A stretch of DNA of 64,000 bases from a virus. Each line of letters starts with the position of its first letter. Positions within the stretch are counted from its first letter, which is position 1. The notes under the pieces are model-generated. The model was not told where the DNA came from, did no database searches, and saw nothing but the letters and a program-made list of their open reading frames with translations. Below, in pieces: positions 52,653 through 61,480 of this stretch. The stretch lies in the IMG/VR virus record IMGVR_UViG_3300028384_001071, positions 37,565 to 101,564 of that record, one strand, 5' to 3'. Position numbers and translations under genes: made by a program.

Positions 52653-53663
52653 ATGAGACGACCGAGGTACTTGAGTCCAACCTCAATCAACCTGTATTAC
52701 CGTGATATCGAAGAGTTCTATTGTCGGTATCTGACGGAACATCGACCGCCGCGTATGAAGCAGACACGGCCAATGTCGATCGGTTCTGCATTCGACGCGT
52801 ATGTCAAGAGTTACCTGCACGAGAAGCTGTTCGGCAAGGGTGCAGACCCGATGTACGAACGAGACACGCTCTTCGAAGAGCAGGTGGAAGAACACAATTG
52901 GGATTGGGCACGAGTACATGGTGCCCATGCGATGGAGATCTATCGCCAGTCCGGGGCGTTGGCTGACTTGCTCATTGAGTTGAACAAAGCAGTTGGCGAT
53001 CCGGTATTCGAGGTTAGCTTGGAAGGTAAGCTGAGTGTGAATCGGGCAGGTGTTGATCCGACACCTGTGAACTTCCTCGGTAAGCCTGACATCTACTTCA
53101 TCAACAAGCTCGGCAACCCAGTCATTCTCGACTGGAAAGTGAATGGTTGGTGTTCCAAACGTGGAGCATCTCCTAAGAAGGGCTATCTCAAGTTGCGTCA
53201 TGGTAGTAACGTGCGGAGTCTTGACAAGCCTCATCACCGAGACTGCCAGCCGATGATGCACCAAGGCATGATGATCAACGCCGGGATTACACTCGACATG
53301 GTCGACAAAGACTGGGCCACGCAGCTTGCGATCTACGCATGGCTTTGTGGCTGCGACATTGGTTCCGACTTCATTACGGGTCTGGATCAACTCGCGTGTA
53401 AGCCAAATGAACTAGGCGGGCAGTTTCCCGATGTCCGGATTGCTGAACACCGACTGCGAGTCGGTCGCCAGTTCCAATGGGAAACATTCCTCAAAGCACA
53501 GGAAGTGTGGGACGTTGTCCATTCGGACCACATCTTCCGAGATATGTCTGAGGACGAATCACGGCGTAAGTGTGAAACACTCGACGCTCAGTGTAAGTCC
53601 CTGACTCAGATGAGTAATTCTGATGACCCAATGGACAAGTTATTTATGGAGATGACAAAGTGA
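52653..53663 (+). CDS. PD-(D/E)XK exonuclease (RecB/Cas4-like)
   Basis: YLSPTSI, GSAFD, GKPD, ILDWK and QLAIY. Confidence 0.8.
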   Translation: MRRPRYLSPTSINLYYRDIEEFYCRYLTEHRPPRMKQTRPMSIGSAFDAYVKSYLHEKLFGKGADPMYERDTLFEEQVEEHNWDWARVHGAHAMEIYRQSGALADLLIELNKAVGDPVFEVSLEGKLSVNRAGVDPTPVNFLGKPDIYFINKLGNPVILDWKVNGWCSKRGASPKKGYLKLRHGSNVRSLDKPHHRDCQPMMHQGMMINAGITLDMVDKDWATQLAIYAWLCGCDIGSDFITGLDQLACKPNELGGQFPDVRIAEHRLRVGRQFQWETFLKAQEVWDVVHSDHIFRDMSEDESRRKCETLDAQCKSLTQMSNSDDPMDKLFMEMTK

Positions 53664-54052
53664 TGCGACGATTTCTCTTCCTTGCGATTGTAGCCTGTAC
53701 GGCTTCGACCGCAGATGCCCAATGGTGTCCAAACTGCCGACCTTACGTACCGCCACCTCAACAGTGGGTGTACCAGCCGACACAATGGCAGCGGGTTCCG
53801 ATAGGCCCGCCAGTCGAGATGCAACGCACAGTTGAACTGGTTGGTCGGCGAAGTATGCTGTTCCCGTGGTACACTCATTGGGGTTACGAGACACGAGTGC
53901 GGCCGGTCACTTACCGGCAGCCGCCGATGTTAATGCAGCCTGTTGTACAACGTCAGCCGCCTGTTGTGCGGCAACGGGAACCAGCACGTCAAAGTCCACC
54001 GCCAGAATCGACCTTCTCGCAGAAAGTGCAGTGGCGTAAACCTCGCGACTGA
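53660..54052 (+). CDS. Secreted Pro/Gln-rich protein
   Basis: Signal peptide ending ADA-Q followed by CPNC. Confidence 0.5.
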   Translation: MMRRFLFLAIVACTASTADAQWCPNCRPYVPPPQQWVYQPTQWQRVPIGPPVEMQRTVELVGRRSMLFPWYTHWGYETRVRPVTYRQPPMLMQPVVQRQPPVVRQREPARQSPPPESTFSQKVQWRKPRD

Positions 54053-54123
54053 CACAAGGCCCGTACGCCTCAAGTCTTGAGCAACGACTTACCAAAGTAC
54101 ACAAGTGGATTCACTTAGGTACA

Positions 54124-54147
54124 GCCCGCCGTACGGGGCGGGCGTTT
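54124..54147 (+). terminator. Possible terminator
   Basis: GCCCGCC-GTACGG-GGCGGGC-GTTT. Confidence 0.5.
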
Positions 54148-54187
54148 CGCCGGATGGTTAACGCAGGTTCGATTCCTGCACGGCGAA
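54146..54187 (+). ncRNA. tRNA top-half mimic (acceptor stem plus T-arm)
   Basis: TTCGCCG-GATGGTTAAC-GCAGG-TTCGATT-CCTGC-A-CGGCGAA. Confidence 0.5.
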
Positions 54188-54257
54188 TGTTGGGTGAGCC
54201 AATGGCAGGCAAACCCACTTATTTCCGATGGTCGCAAATCTAAGAAAGGACGCGACA

Positions 54258-55760
54258 ATGAGTACGATTGCCAAACTTAAAGATGGTTCCAAAGGAGCTG
54301 GTGCTGCTGAGCCGACACATCTCACAAATGTGTTGAATCTCATGACGGGAAACATCCCGCCTGATATTGCCACCCAATTGGAAGAACTGCGATTCCGTGC
54401 CTCAACTGACGGTACTGATGTCGTCGTCCAAGGTAAGAAGCTGATCTTGCCGGTAGGTATGTCGAAGACTGATGCGGTGTCCTACCTCAATCGCAAGATT
54501 GTCGAAGAAGACACCTCGTTCGACATTCAGGAAACGATCGAGGCGTTCCCGTTCGATGCCGCTCGTGCATTGAAGCTGGTCCTCGAAGATATGTACGGTG
54601 AACCTCTGTCGGAGGGCAAGGAGATCCAAACAGTGTTTGGGCCGTTCAAACTGAACTGCCAGATGATTCGACTGGAAGTGTCGAAGGGTAAATACGAGAT
54701 GATCCCGTGGGGTACGATCAACATCCCCGGCGTCGGTCGTATCACGATGGGCTTCGCAGCCTTGAACGATCGAACAGTCCTCAGTCTGGAGGCTACAGTC
54801 CTCGGTAAGCACCGCGATAATCTCACGGAACTGCTCACCAAGGTCCGGGCCAAGGCGGCTGACCTGTCCATCTTCAAGGGTCAGGCTGTCAAGTTGGAGT
54901 TCCGGAACTATGACGGTGAGCGTGTCGTGATGGGTCCAGACTGGGCTCCCGAGTTCGTCGATCTGACGACCTCACCGAAGCCCATCTTCAACGAGCGTGC
55001 TGCGAACGAGATCGAAGTGGCTCTGCTGAACCCAATTCGACACACCGATGTTCTGCGTAAGCGGGATATCCCAGTCGGTCGTCGGGTTCTCCTCGAGGGC
55101 GAATACGGTAACGGTAAGACTCTAACGGCGGCTCACCTTGCTCGGGAATGTGTGAAGAACAATTGGACGTTCTTCTACTGCACCGATGTCCGCGATATCG
55201 ACCAGACGATGAAGATCGCGGTCAACTATGGTCCGGCTGTCGTCTTCGTCGAAGATGTGGATCACGTGATTCTCCATGCGGAGAATGACAACGAAGCACA
55301 ACTCAATGTGCAGAACCTGTCAACCGCATTCGATGGTGTCGATAACAAGGATTCGGAAGTCATGCTCGTCATGACCACGAACAACGTCGATGCCATTCCG
55401 AAGATCCTGAAGCGTCCGGGTCGTATGGACGCCATTATCAACATCGGAAACCCGGACCAGGATACTGTCGTCCGACTCGTACGTCAGTACGCTGGTCAGT
55501 TCATCGATACGAAGTTCGACGACGCCAGCATCAAGAAAGCAGTCGAGCCAATCATTGGCCAGTCTGCTTCCTTCGTCCGTGAGTTGGTTGAACGTGCCAA
55601 GTTGGGATCAGTCACCAATGAGGACGGTGCAATCACTCCGGCAGACATCAGTACCGCTGCCGGTATGATGGCACACCATGCCAAAGTGTTGGATCGTGCC
55701 GATGAAGTACCGGAACTTGTGACTGCCGATGCTACTGACGATGACCTTGACATCGACTAG
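54258..55760 (+). CDS. AAA+ ATPase
   Basis: GEYGNGKT Walker A, VFVEDVD Walker B, TTN and RPGRMD second region of homology. Confidence 0.9.
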   Translation: MSTIAKLKDGSKGAGAAEPTHLTNVLNLMTGNIPPDIATQLEELRFRASTDGTDVVVQGKKLILPVGMSKTDAVSYLNRKIVEEDTSFDIQETIEAFPFDAARALKLVLEDMYGEPLSEGKEIQTVFGPFKLNCQMIRLEVSKGKYEMIPWGTINIPGVGRITMGFAALNDRTVLSLEATVLGKHRDNLTELLTKVRAKAADLSIFKGQAVKLEFRNYDGERVVMGPDWAPEFVDLTTSPKPIFNERAANEIEVALLNPIRHTDVLRKRDIPVGRRVLLEGEYGNGKTLTAAHLARECVKNNWTFFYCTDVRDIDQTMKIAVNYGPAVVFVEDVDHVILHAENDNEAQLNVQNLSTAFDGVDNKDSEVMLVMTTNNVDAIPKILKRPGRMDAIINIGNPDQDTVVRLVRQYAGQFIDTKFDDASIKKAVEPIIGQSASFVRELVERAKLGSVTNEDGAITPADISTAAGMMAHHAKVLDRADEVPELVTADATDDDLDID

Positions 55761-55895
55761 ATGAGTGTCGCGTCCGGTCAGGTTGGAACTGACGACCATC
55801 CATCCTGACCTCGGAGAGGCAGGCCCACACCTGCCTCTCCTTCTTTCATAGCTGTGGGAGGCCGACAGCACGGACATGCGACGGCAATCTCTCAT
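55761..55895 (+). ncRNA. Candidate multibranch structured RNA containing a terminator-like hairpin
   Basis: Nested closing stems TGTCGC/GCGACG and GTCCG/CGGAC enclose three hairpins. Confidence 0.5.
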
Positions 55896-55936
55896 GGATG
55901 AGACTCCCACAGCGTTTCTCCAAACTTGGTGAGGTA

Positions 55937-56296
55937 ATGTTCAGAAGCAAGTACAAATCTATGTACGAGCTTGAGTTTGAACGAAACTCGAACTTAGTGG
56001 CCGAGTTAAAGGTCGCACAGGATAAATATGAACGTCTCGCGAAACGGTACAACCGACGCATGATGCAGGAGATCACTAGGACAGTCGATGTCTTCTCCGA
56101 CATGATCGAATACCTGATCGATCACTTTGGAATCAACTGCGAATTCGATTTCGAATACGAGGGTGAGATCGAAGGTGATGAACTTTGGGAAGTTCGGAAT
56201 ACTGAGACCGGTAAGGTCCGTCAGATGCACATTTGTTGGGAGCCTACTCACAATGGTAGGCTCTCTTTCGACATCGCAATTTCAGAGGAACAATGA
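55937..56296 (+). CDS. Hypothetical coiled-coil protein
   Basis: GAGGT RBS; coupled to the next gene. Confidence 0.55.
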   Translation: MFRSKYKSMYELEFERNSNLVAELKVAQDKYERLAKRYNRRMMQEITRTVDVFSDMIEYLIDHFGINCEFDFEYEGEIEGDELWEVRNTETGKVRQMHICWEPTHNGRLSFDIAISEEQ

Positions 56297-56859
56297 TGAC
56301 TCGTCGCGTTAAGGATGGTTGGGACAAGCTGGATGACGCAGCCGACAAGGGGCCGTTTAGCTTCGGTGCTCGAATCATATTGATCGTGTTTGGATTGGCA
56401 GTGTTCGCCGGAGTGATCGCCTTCGTAGCGAACCCGTTCACACAAGCCGCAAGAATCGTCAACAAGACGATCGACGCAGACAACGTGATCTACAACTACG
56501 AATGGTTCAAACTCCGCCACGAAGGCATCTTGGCCATCGACAATAAGATCACCACAGCCACAGCTGATGTGAACTCGTTCGAAGAGTCAATGGGGCCTCG
56601 CAAAGAGTGGGGTCGTGAAGACAAGATCGAACACTCCCGACTGAAATCAATCGCAAGCGGATTGCAGATGCAACGGGACGATCTCGCAGGCAGAACTTCC
56701 GGCCCCGCCGAAGACGGCAGTTACGGGTCGAACGGGGATGCGATCTTCTTCTTCGCAACCGACGGTACATACCTGGAGTGGAACGGCAGATATCACTTGA
56801 GTGACAAGCCGTTGAAACTCACCCAGCCACCGATGGTGACAATGGAAGCCGAGAAATAA
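56293..56859 (+). CDS. Membrane-anchored protein, possibly a fusion of two genes
   Basis: TM helix, NVIYNYEWF segment, then an abrupt change to EDGSYGSNGDAIFFF...YLEWNG. Confidence 0.55.
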   Translation: MMTRRVKDGWDKLDDAADKGPFSFGARIILIVFGLAVFAGVIAFVANPFTQAARIVNKTIDADNVIYNYEWFKLRHEGILAIDNKITTATADVNSFEESMGPRKEWGREDKIEHSRLKSIASGLQMQRDDLAGRTSGPAEDGSYGSNGDAIFFFATDGTYLEWNGRYHLSDKPLKLTQPPMVTMEAEK

Positions 56860-56873
56860 CCCACTGGTACAGG

Positions 56874-56907
56874 CGGCCCTGTCGGTCAAACGGCAGGGCC
56901 GATCTTT
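56874..56907 (+). terminator. Intrinsic terminator
   Basis: CGGCCCTGTCG-loop-CGGCAGGGCCG-ATCTTT. Confidence 0.6.
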
Positions 56908-56918
56908 AGGAGTGAGCT

Positions 56919-57176
56919 ATGGACGACGTGTGCCGAACCTGCAATGATGAAGGGAGACCTCGAGGGTGTCCCCGATGCTTCAAGGTTAAGAAGAAACGTC
57001 GTCGATACTTCCCTCCTAAGTCAAAACTTACAGAAGAGCAAAAGCATCAACTGAAAGTGCAAGAGATACGACGATTATGGAGAGAAGCTAACATGGAGGA
57101 GTGGCGAGGTAATCGCCGCAAGTACATGGAGCTAATCAAAGTAATCAAGCGTAAAGAGAATCTACTTCACAGGTAG
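56919..57176 (+). CDS. Small basic protein with two CxxC motifs
   Basis: AGGAG RBS; CRTC...CPRC. Confidence 0.55.
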   Translation: MDDVCRTCNDEGRPRGCPRCFKVKKKRRRYFPPKSKLTEEQKHQLKVQEIRRLWREANMEEWRGNRRKYMELIKVIKRKENLLHR

Positions 57177-57231
57177 TCATGAACCGCGAACGCGGAAGGG
57201 ACAAACATCATCCAAATTCAAGAACGGACTC

Positions 57232-57711
57232 ATGAAAACCATCTTCACAACCGGACAAGTGGCAAAGATCTGTAAAGTCGCACCTCGAACCGTCAGCAAG
57301 TGGTTCGACTCAGGACGTCTCAAGGGTTATCGAATCCCCGGATCGCAAGACAGACGCATACCCCGCGAACATCTCATTAAGTTCCTCAACTCACATGGAA
57401 TGCCTCTCGGCGAACTCGCAGCCGAAGTGGTAATCTTCACATCTGACGCCTCACTCAAGCAGGCAGCACAACACATCAACCCTGATGTCGTAGTGACTTC
57501 GAGTTCATTCGAAGTCGGTGCACTAATCAACACAATCAAGACGCTCATCATTGACATGGACGAGGCCGACGCCTCGGACATTGTCACCCAAGTCGAAACC
57601 GAAGACATCGAACTGGTAGCGCTGGCAAGTCCAGAAACCAGTACAGGGGCCATTACGCGAATCATTCGCAAACCATTCACCGTGGAGAGTCTGACAGATT
57701 GTATAACCTAG
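57232..57711 (+). CDS. Planctomycete-type excisionase-like HTH regulator with degenerate receiver domain
   Basis: MKTIFTTGQVAKICKVAPRTVSKWFDSGRLKGYRIPGSQDRRIPRE; C-terminal LIID...IRKPF. Confidence 0.85.
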   Translation: MKTIFTTGQVAKICKVAPRTVSKWFDSGRLKGYRIPGSQDRRIPREHLIKFLNSHGMPLGELAAEVVIFTSDASLKQAAQHINPDVVVTSSSFEVGALINTIKTLIIDMDEADASDIVTQVETEDIELVALASPETSTGAITRIIRKPFTVESLTDCIT

Positions 57712-57929
57712 TCGATGAGACTATCACAATAGCTGGCAAGACGGAAGCCATCAATGATTACGTCGTATGGTGGAGTATGCCATACTTGGGCCTGTTTGAA
57801 CACAAAGCCGACGCCATCGAGGCGTGGGATGCGATGAACGAAACAGGAGAACTACCACCCGCAGCACAAGTCATCGGACCCGTCTGCGTAGCTGTAGGAG
57901 AGACTTTGTACGAGCCGGTCACCCGATGA
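57699..57929 (+). CDS. Hypothetical protein
   Basis: Coupled to phoH by an ATGA overlap. Confidence 0.45.
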   Translation: MYNLVDETITIAGKTEAINDYVVWWSMPYLGLFEHKADAIEAWDAMNETGELPPAAQVIGPVCVAVGETLYEPVTR

Positions 57930-58582
57930 GTCATACCGACAGAACAGTAACTCCTCGTAAGCATCACAAAGTGGGCCTCCGAGGTGATGGTCAAATCCAA
58001 TTCGTACGATGTGTTCGTAACACAGATGTGACCATTGCCTATGGACCTGCGGGTTCTGGTAAGACCTTCCTTGCAGTAGCGTGTGCTTTGGAAGCATTGC
58101 TCAAGCAGCAAGTAAGCAGAATAGTCCTGACTCGACCCGCAGTCGAAGCAGGTGAGAAGCTGGGATATCTCCCCGGTGACTTTGAGACAAAGGTACAACC
58201 ATACCTGCAACCTCTACTCGATGCACTTCACCACCTACATCCGGACGCTAGTGGGATGCGGGAAGCCGGAGTCATTGAAGTATCGCCACTGGCGTACATG
58301 AGGGGTAGGACATTCAACGACACCTTCATGGTGTTGGATGAAGCACAGAACACTACTCCTGTACAAATGCAGATGTACCTGACCCGTATGGGTAATGGTT
58401 CGAAGAACGTTGTCGTAGGTGACCCATCTCAAGTGGATATCGATGGCAGTAACGGCTTAACTGATGCGATCAATCGCTTCGAGGAAGCCAAGCACATTCA
58501 AACAACTCAACTCAGAATTGCTGACATCCAGCGACACCCAGCCGTCGAAGAGATAGTGAGAAGATATGCAGAAATCGATTGA
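57926..58582 (+). CDS. phoH: PhoH-family ATPase
   Basis: GPAGSGKT, TRPAVEAGEKLGYLPG, YMRGRTF, LDEAQN, GDPSQ and RHP. Confidence 0.95.
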   Translation: MSHTDRTVTPRKHHKVGLRGDGQIQFVRCVRNTDVTIAYGPAGSGKTFLAVACALEALLKQQVSRIVLTRPAVEAGEKLGYLPGDFETKVQPYLQPLLDALHHLHPDASGMREAGVIEVSPLAYMRGRTFNDTFMVLDEAQNTTPVQMQMYLTRMGNGSKNVVVGDPSQVDIDGSNGLTDAINRFEEAKHIQTTQLRIADIQRHPAVEEIVRRYAEID

Positions 58583-58985
58583 GTGTATCGACGCAGTCTT
58601 GAAGCTAGCACATCTGATCCGAAAACGAATGGGTAGGGACTACACACGTTATCAAGCGTTGAAGTTCCTACAACATTACACAGATGTGACACAACGCCGA
58701 CTGGCGGCTCATCTAGACCAAAATGAGAGTAGTGTAAGCACTCTCATAGGGCGGATGGCATCTGACGGCTTGGTTCAACGTAAAGGCGATACGAAAGATC
58801 GCCGACGTTGGCTAGTGATCATGACTACTAGAGGTACGGAAGCATTGCATGACTTGACCTCATCTTACATGAAGCACGCAGACGACATCCTTCACGGTAA
58901 GCCCGAATACTTCACATCCACATTAACCAAGATGCTGAAAGACGTCCATGCCAGTAGCACACATAATCAGAGGGATGCCGGGTAG
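58566..58985 (+). CDS. MarR-family transcriptional regulator
   Basis: TQRRLAAHL...SSVSTLIGRM...GLVQR...DRRR...MTTRG. Confidence 0.85.
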   Translation: MQKSIECIDAVLKLAHLIRKRMGRDYTRYQALKFLQHYTDVTQRRLAAHLDQNESSVSTLIGRMASDGLVQRKGDTKDRRRWLVIMTTRGTEALHDLTSSYMKHADDILHGKPEYFTSTLTKMLKDVHASSTHNQRDAG

Positions 58986-59385
58986 CGGGAAGACCGCGTT
59001 GGCCAAATCTCTTAATTGTAATGAAGTGTCAGCCGACGACTTCTTCACCGATGAAGATGGTACCTATAAATTCGATCCTAGTAAGATCGGCGAAGCACAT
59101 CAGTGGTGCTTCGGTCATTTCATAGACTATCTTAGTTTGGGATTGGACATCTCGGTTCATAACACTTTCACCGCTCTGTGGGAATTCGAGAACTACATCA
59201 AGGTCGCGAAGTTGGCAGGATACACTGTCGAAGTTCATGAGATGATCATCGACAATCCTGAACAGATACGGAAATGTACTTCTCGCAATATCCACGGCGT
59301 GCCGCTTGAGATCATGTTGAGAATGTGGCATGACTTCGTACCGTACAACGGCCCTGAGACAACAACACATCATGGGATCACATAA
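58948..59385 (+). CDS. AAA_33 / N4BP2-like P-loop kinase (polynucleotide kinase-like)
   Basis: IRGMPGSGKT, SADDFF, AHQWC, NTF and RNIHGVP. Confidence 0.85.
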   Translation: MPVAHIIRGMPGSGKTALAKSLNCNEVSADDFFTDEDGTYKFDPSKIGEAHQWCFGHFIDYLSLGLDISVHNTFTALWEFENYIKVAKLAGYTVEVHEMIIDNPEQIRKCTSRNIHGVPLEIMLRMWHDFVPYNGPETTTHHGIT

Positions 59386-60545
59386 TGCCGAAGCGTGAAT
59401 TCGTACAACTGGCACAGCCATTCAAGGAAGCCAAGCACTTGGCATCCGGAGCCTACTTCAGTGAGAAGCTGGACGGGTTCCGGGCATTCTGGGATGGCGG
59501 TGTCAGCCGAGGTCAGAACAAGAACTCAATACCGTGGGCCAACCTCGACAAGGACGCCCGATTCACGGAAGCCCAGATAGCAACCGGTCTCTGGACTCGA
59601 TACGGTAACGTGATTCACGCACCAGACTTCTGGCTCGATCGTCTGCCCAACTTCATGTTGGACGGTGAACTGTGGATGGGTCGAGGCACATTCCAGACCT
59701 TACGTAGTAAGGCATCCAAACTACCTGCCAAGCGGGTAGACAATGATTGGGAGTCAATCCAATACTGCGTCTTCGACATGCCAAACGTGGACAACGTGTT
59801 CACCCCCGGCAGAATCAATGGAACCAACTTCAAGAAGGAGATGGACACTTCAATGGCTGACTGGTGCCGTAATCAGCAGTCAGCCTTGATGGTCCCCAGA
59901 ACCAAGGTGTTTCAGAGTGTGTTAGCTTTCCTAAAGAAGCATCTCAAAGAATGCAACACACTCAAACGACACCCACACGAACAGTTACCATTTGGCACCG
60001 AGTCGGCTCTCAACATACTCTATGAACAGCTTGACAACGTGACATCTGAAGGTGGCGAAGGTCTTATGCTGCGACGTCCACAGTCAATATGGATGCCGTA
60101 TCGTACAGACAACCTCGCCAAGCTGAAGAAGCTTGATGATTCGGAAGCTACTGTTGTAGACTTCGTTACAGGCCGCCGTACTGATAAGGGTAGCAAGCTA
60201 CTCGGATTGATGGGTGCCTTGGTCGTTGACTGGAACGGTAAGAGATTCGAACTGTCAGGCTTCACTGATGAAGAGCGAGTTCTCGTCCACGATGAGGGCG
60301 AGGCGTCCGTTCATATCAGCACGTTACGTGGTGATGATCTGAAGGACATGCTTGTTGAGCCGAGAGCTTTCGAGTGGGCACAAAATCACCCTTCACCAGA
60401 AAGCGGACCGGGGCAGCGAGTGCCAGATGACATCTCTGCACGGCACTTCAAACGTGGTGATTCAGTGACGTTCCGTTATCGGGAATTGACCGACGACGGA
60501 GTTCCTAAAGAAGCCCGATACTGGAGAAGGCACGAAGCACTCTAG
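59385..60545 (+). CDS. ATP-dependent DNA ligase
   Basis: SEKLDGFRAFWDG, LDGELW, GGEGLML, KLK and the OB-fold VTFRY. Confidence 0.9.
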   Translation: MPKREFVQLAQPFKEAKHLASGAYFSEKLDGFRAFWDGGVSRGQNKNSIPWANLDKDARFTEAQIATGLWTRYGNVIHAPDFWLDRLPNFMLDGELWMGRGTFQTLRSKASKLPAKRVDNDWESIQYCVFDMPNVDNVFTPGRINGTNFKKEMDTSMADWCRNQQSALMVPRTKVFQSVLAFLKKHLKECNTLKRHPHEQLPFGTESALNILYEQLDNVTSEGGEGLMLRRPQSIWMPYRTDNLAKLKKLDDSEATVVDFVTGRRTDKGSKLLGLMGALVVDWNGKRFELSGFTDEERVLVHDEGEASVHISTLRGDDLKDMLVEPRAFEWAQNHPSPESGPGQRVPDDISARHFKRGDSVTFRYRELTDDGVPKEARYWRRHEAL

Positions 60546-60578
60546 TGGAGGGCCAAGAGACTAAAATAGGAGGTAGTC

Positions 60579-61154
60579 TTGGAGCAAGTAGATGAGAATG
60601 TCCTTGAAATCATCGGCAAACCTAATGCCGAACAATGCGTAGGTTTCGGGACGGTCAAATTCTACGCAAATGAACCGAACAAGCAGTTCGGATTTATCTC
60701 ATCGGAACATGGAGATATCTATATCCACGGTAGCCGGTGTTATAGACTGGCCGATGTGGGGAAGGATCTCCCACGACTTGGTGAGCCAGAGAGAATAGCA
60801 GAAGGATCTTTGCTCGATCCACCGAAACGTAAGAACAGTGTATTGTTCGTAGCCGAGTCCGATAACCGAGGCGGGTTACGAGCCGTACGTTGGGTGAAGT
60901 GGTCAGATGCAATTCTGCAAGCCGTCCTTGATGAGATCTGCGATCGTCCGAAATACCAACTGGTAGAACGCAAAGGCCCGGCGGGTCAATTGCAATTCGG
61001 AAGTATGTCAGTTCTCTGGGAGGGTACAGATCTGGAACAAGTACGACGTCGATTTCCGAAGCGTCGCATTGTTCTACACGACACGGATGAAGGGGCGTTG
61101 TACTTCACGACGTTCCAGGACGACGAATGGATTCCTTGTGGAGACCCACGATAA
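60579..61154 (+). CDS. Cold-shock (OB) domain protein
   Basis: GTVKFY...FGFI...DIYIH RNP motifs; GGAGG RBS. Confidence 0.7.
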   Translation: MEQVDENVLEIIGKPNAEQCVGFGTVKFYANEPNKQFGFISSEHGDIYIHGSRCYRLADVGKDLPRLGEPERIAEGSLLDPPKRKNSVLFVAESDNRGGLRAVRWVKWSDAILQAVLDEICDRPKYQLVERKGPAGQLQFGSMSVLWEGTDLEQVRRRFPKRRIVLHDTDEGALYFTTFQDDEWIPCGDPR

Positions 61155-61330
61155 TGTTTGGACTCGGACCTGCCGAGATGGCCATCATAGGCATCATCGG
61201 TGTGCTTCTGTTTGGTAACAAACTCCCTGCAATGGCTAAGAACCTCGGTTCAGCCATCCCTTCATTCAAGAAGGGTCTTCAAGGTATCGAGGACGAAGTG
61301 TCCGACATCAAGAAGCAGGTTACTGCATAG
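61154..61330 (+). CDS. tatA: Twin-arginine translocase TatA/TatE-family subunit
   Basis: MFGLGPAEMAIIGIIGVLLFGNKLPAMAKNLGSAIPSFKKGL. Confidence 0.9.
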   Translation: MFGLGPAEMAIIGIIGVLLFGNKLPAMAKNLGSAIPSFKKGLQGIEDEVSDIKKQVTA

Positions 61331-61336
61331 AACGGT

Positions 61337-61386
61337 GCCCAAGAGCAGGTCGGCTGCGTCTGACGGGTTCGACTCCCGTCTTGGGT
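61337..61386 (+). ncRNA. Mini tRNA-like structure (acceptor-like stem, hairpin and T-arm)
   Basis: GCCCAA...GCAG-GTCGG-CTGC...GACGGG-TTCGACT-CCCGTC-TTGGGT. Confidence 0.45.
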
Positions 61387-61480
61387 AATATGGAACACTG
61401 AAACCCGGAGAGATCGGTATTGAGTTGATACCGGGTAACTCTTGGTTCGACCTCAACGAATTGTATAAAGAAGGATAGCC

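Noticed and set aside
55789-55850. Hammerhead ribozyme suggested by CTGACGA
   Set aside because: No stem II followed by GAAA, and no suitable cleavage triplet arrangement.
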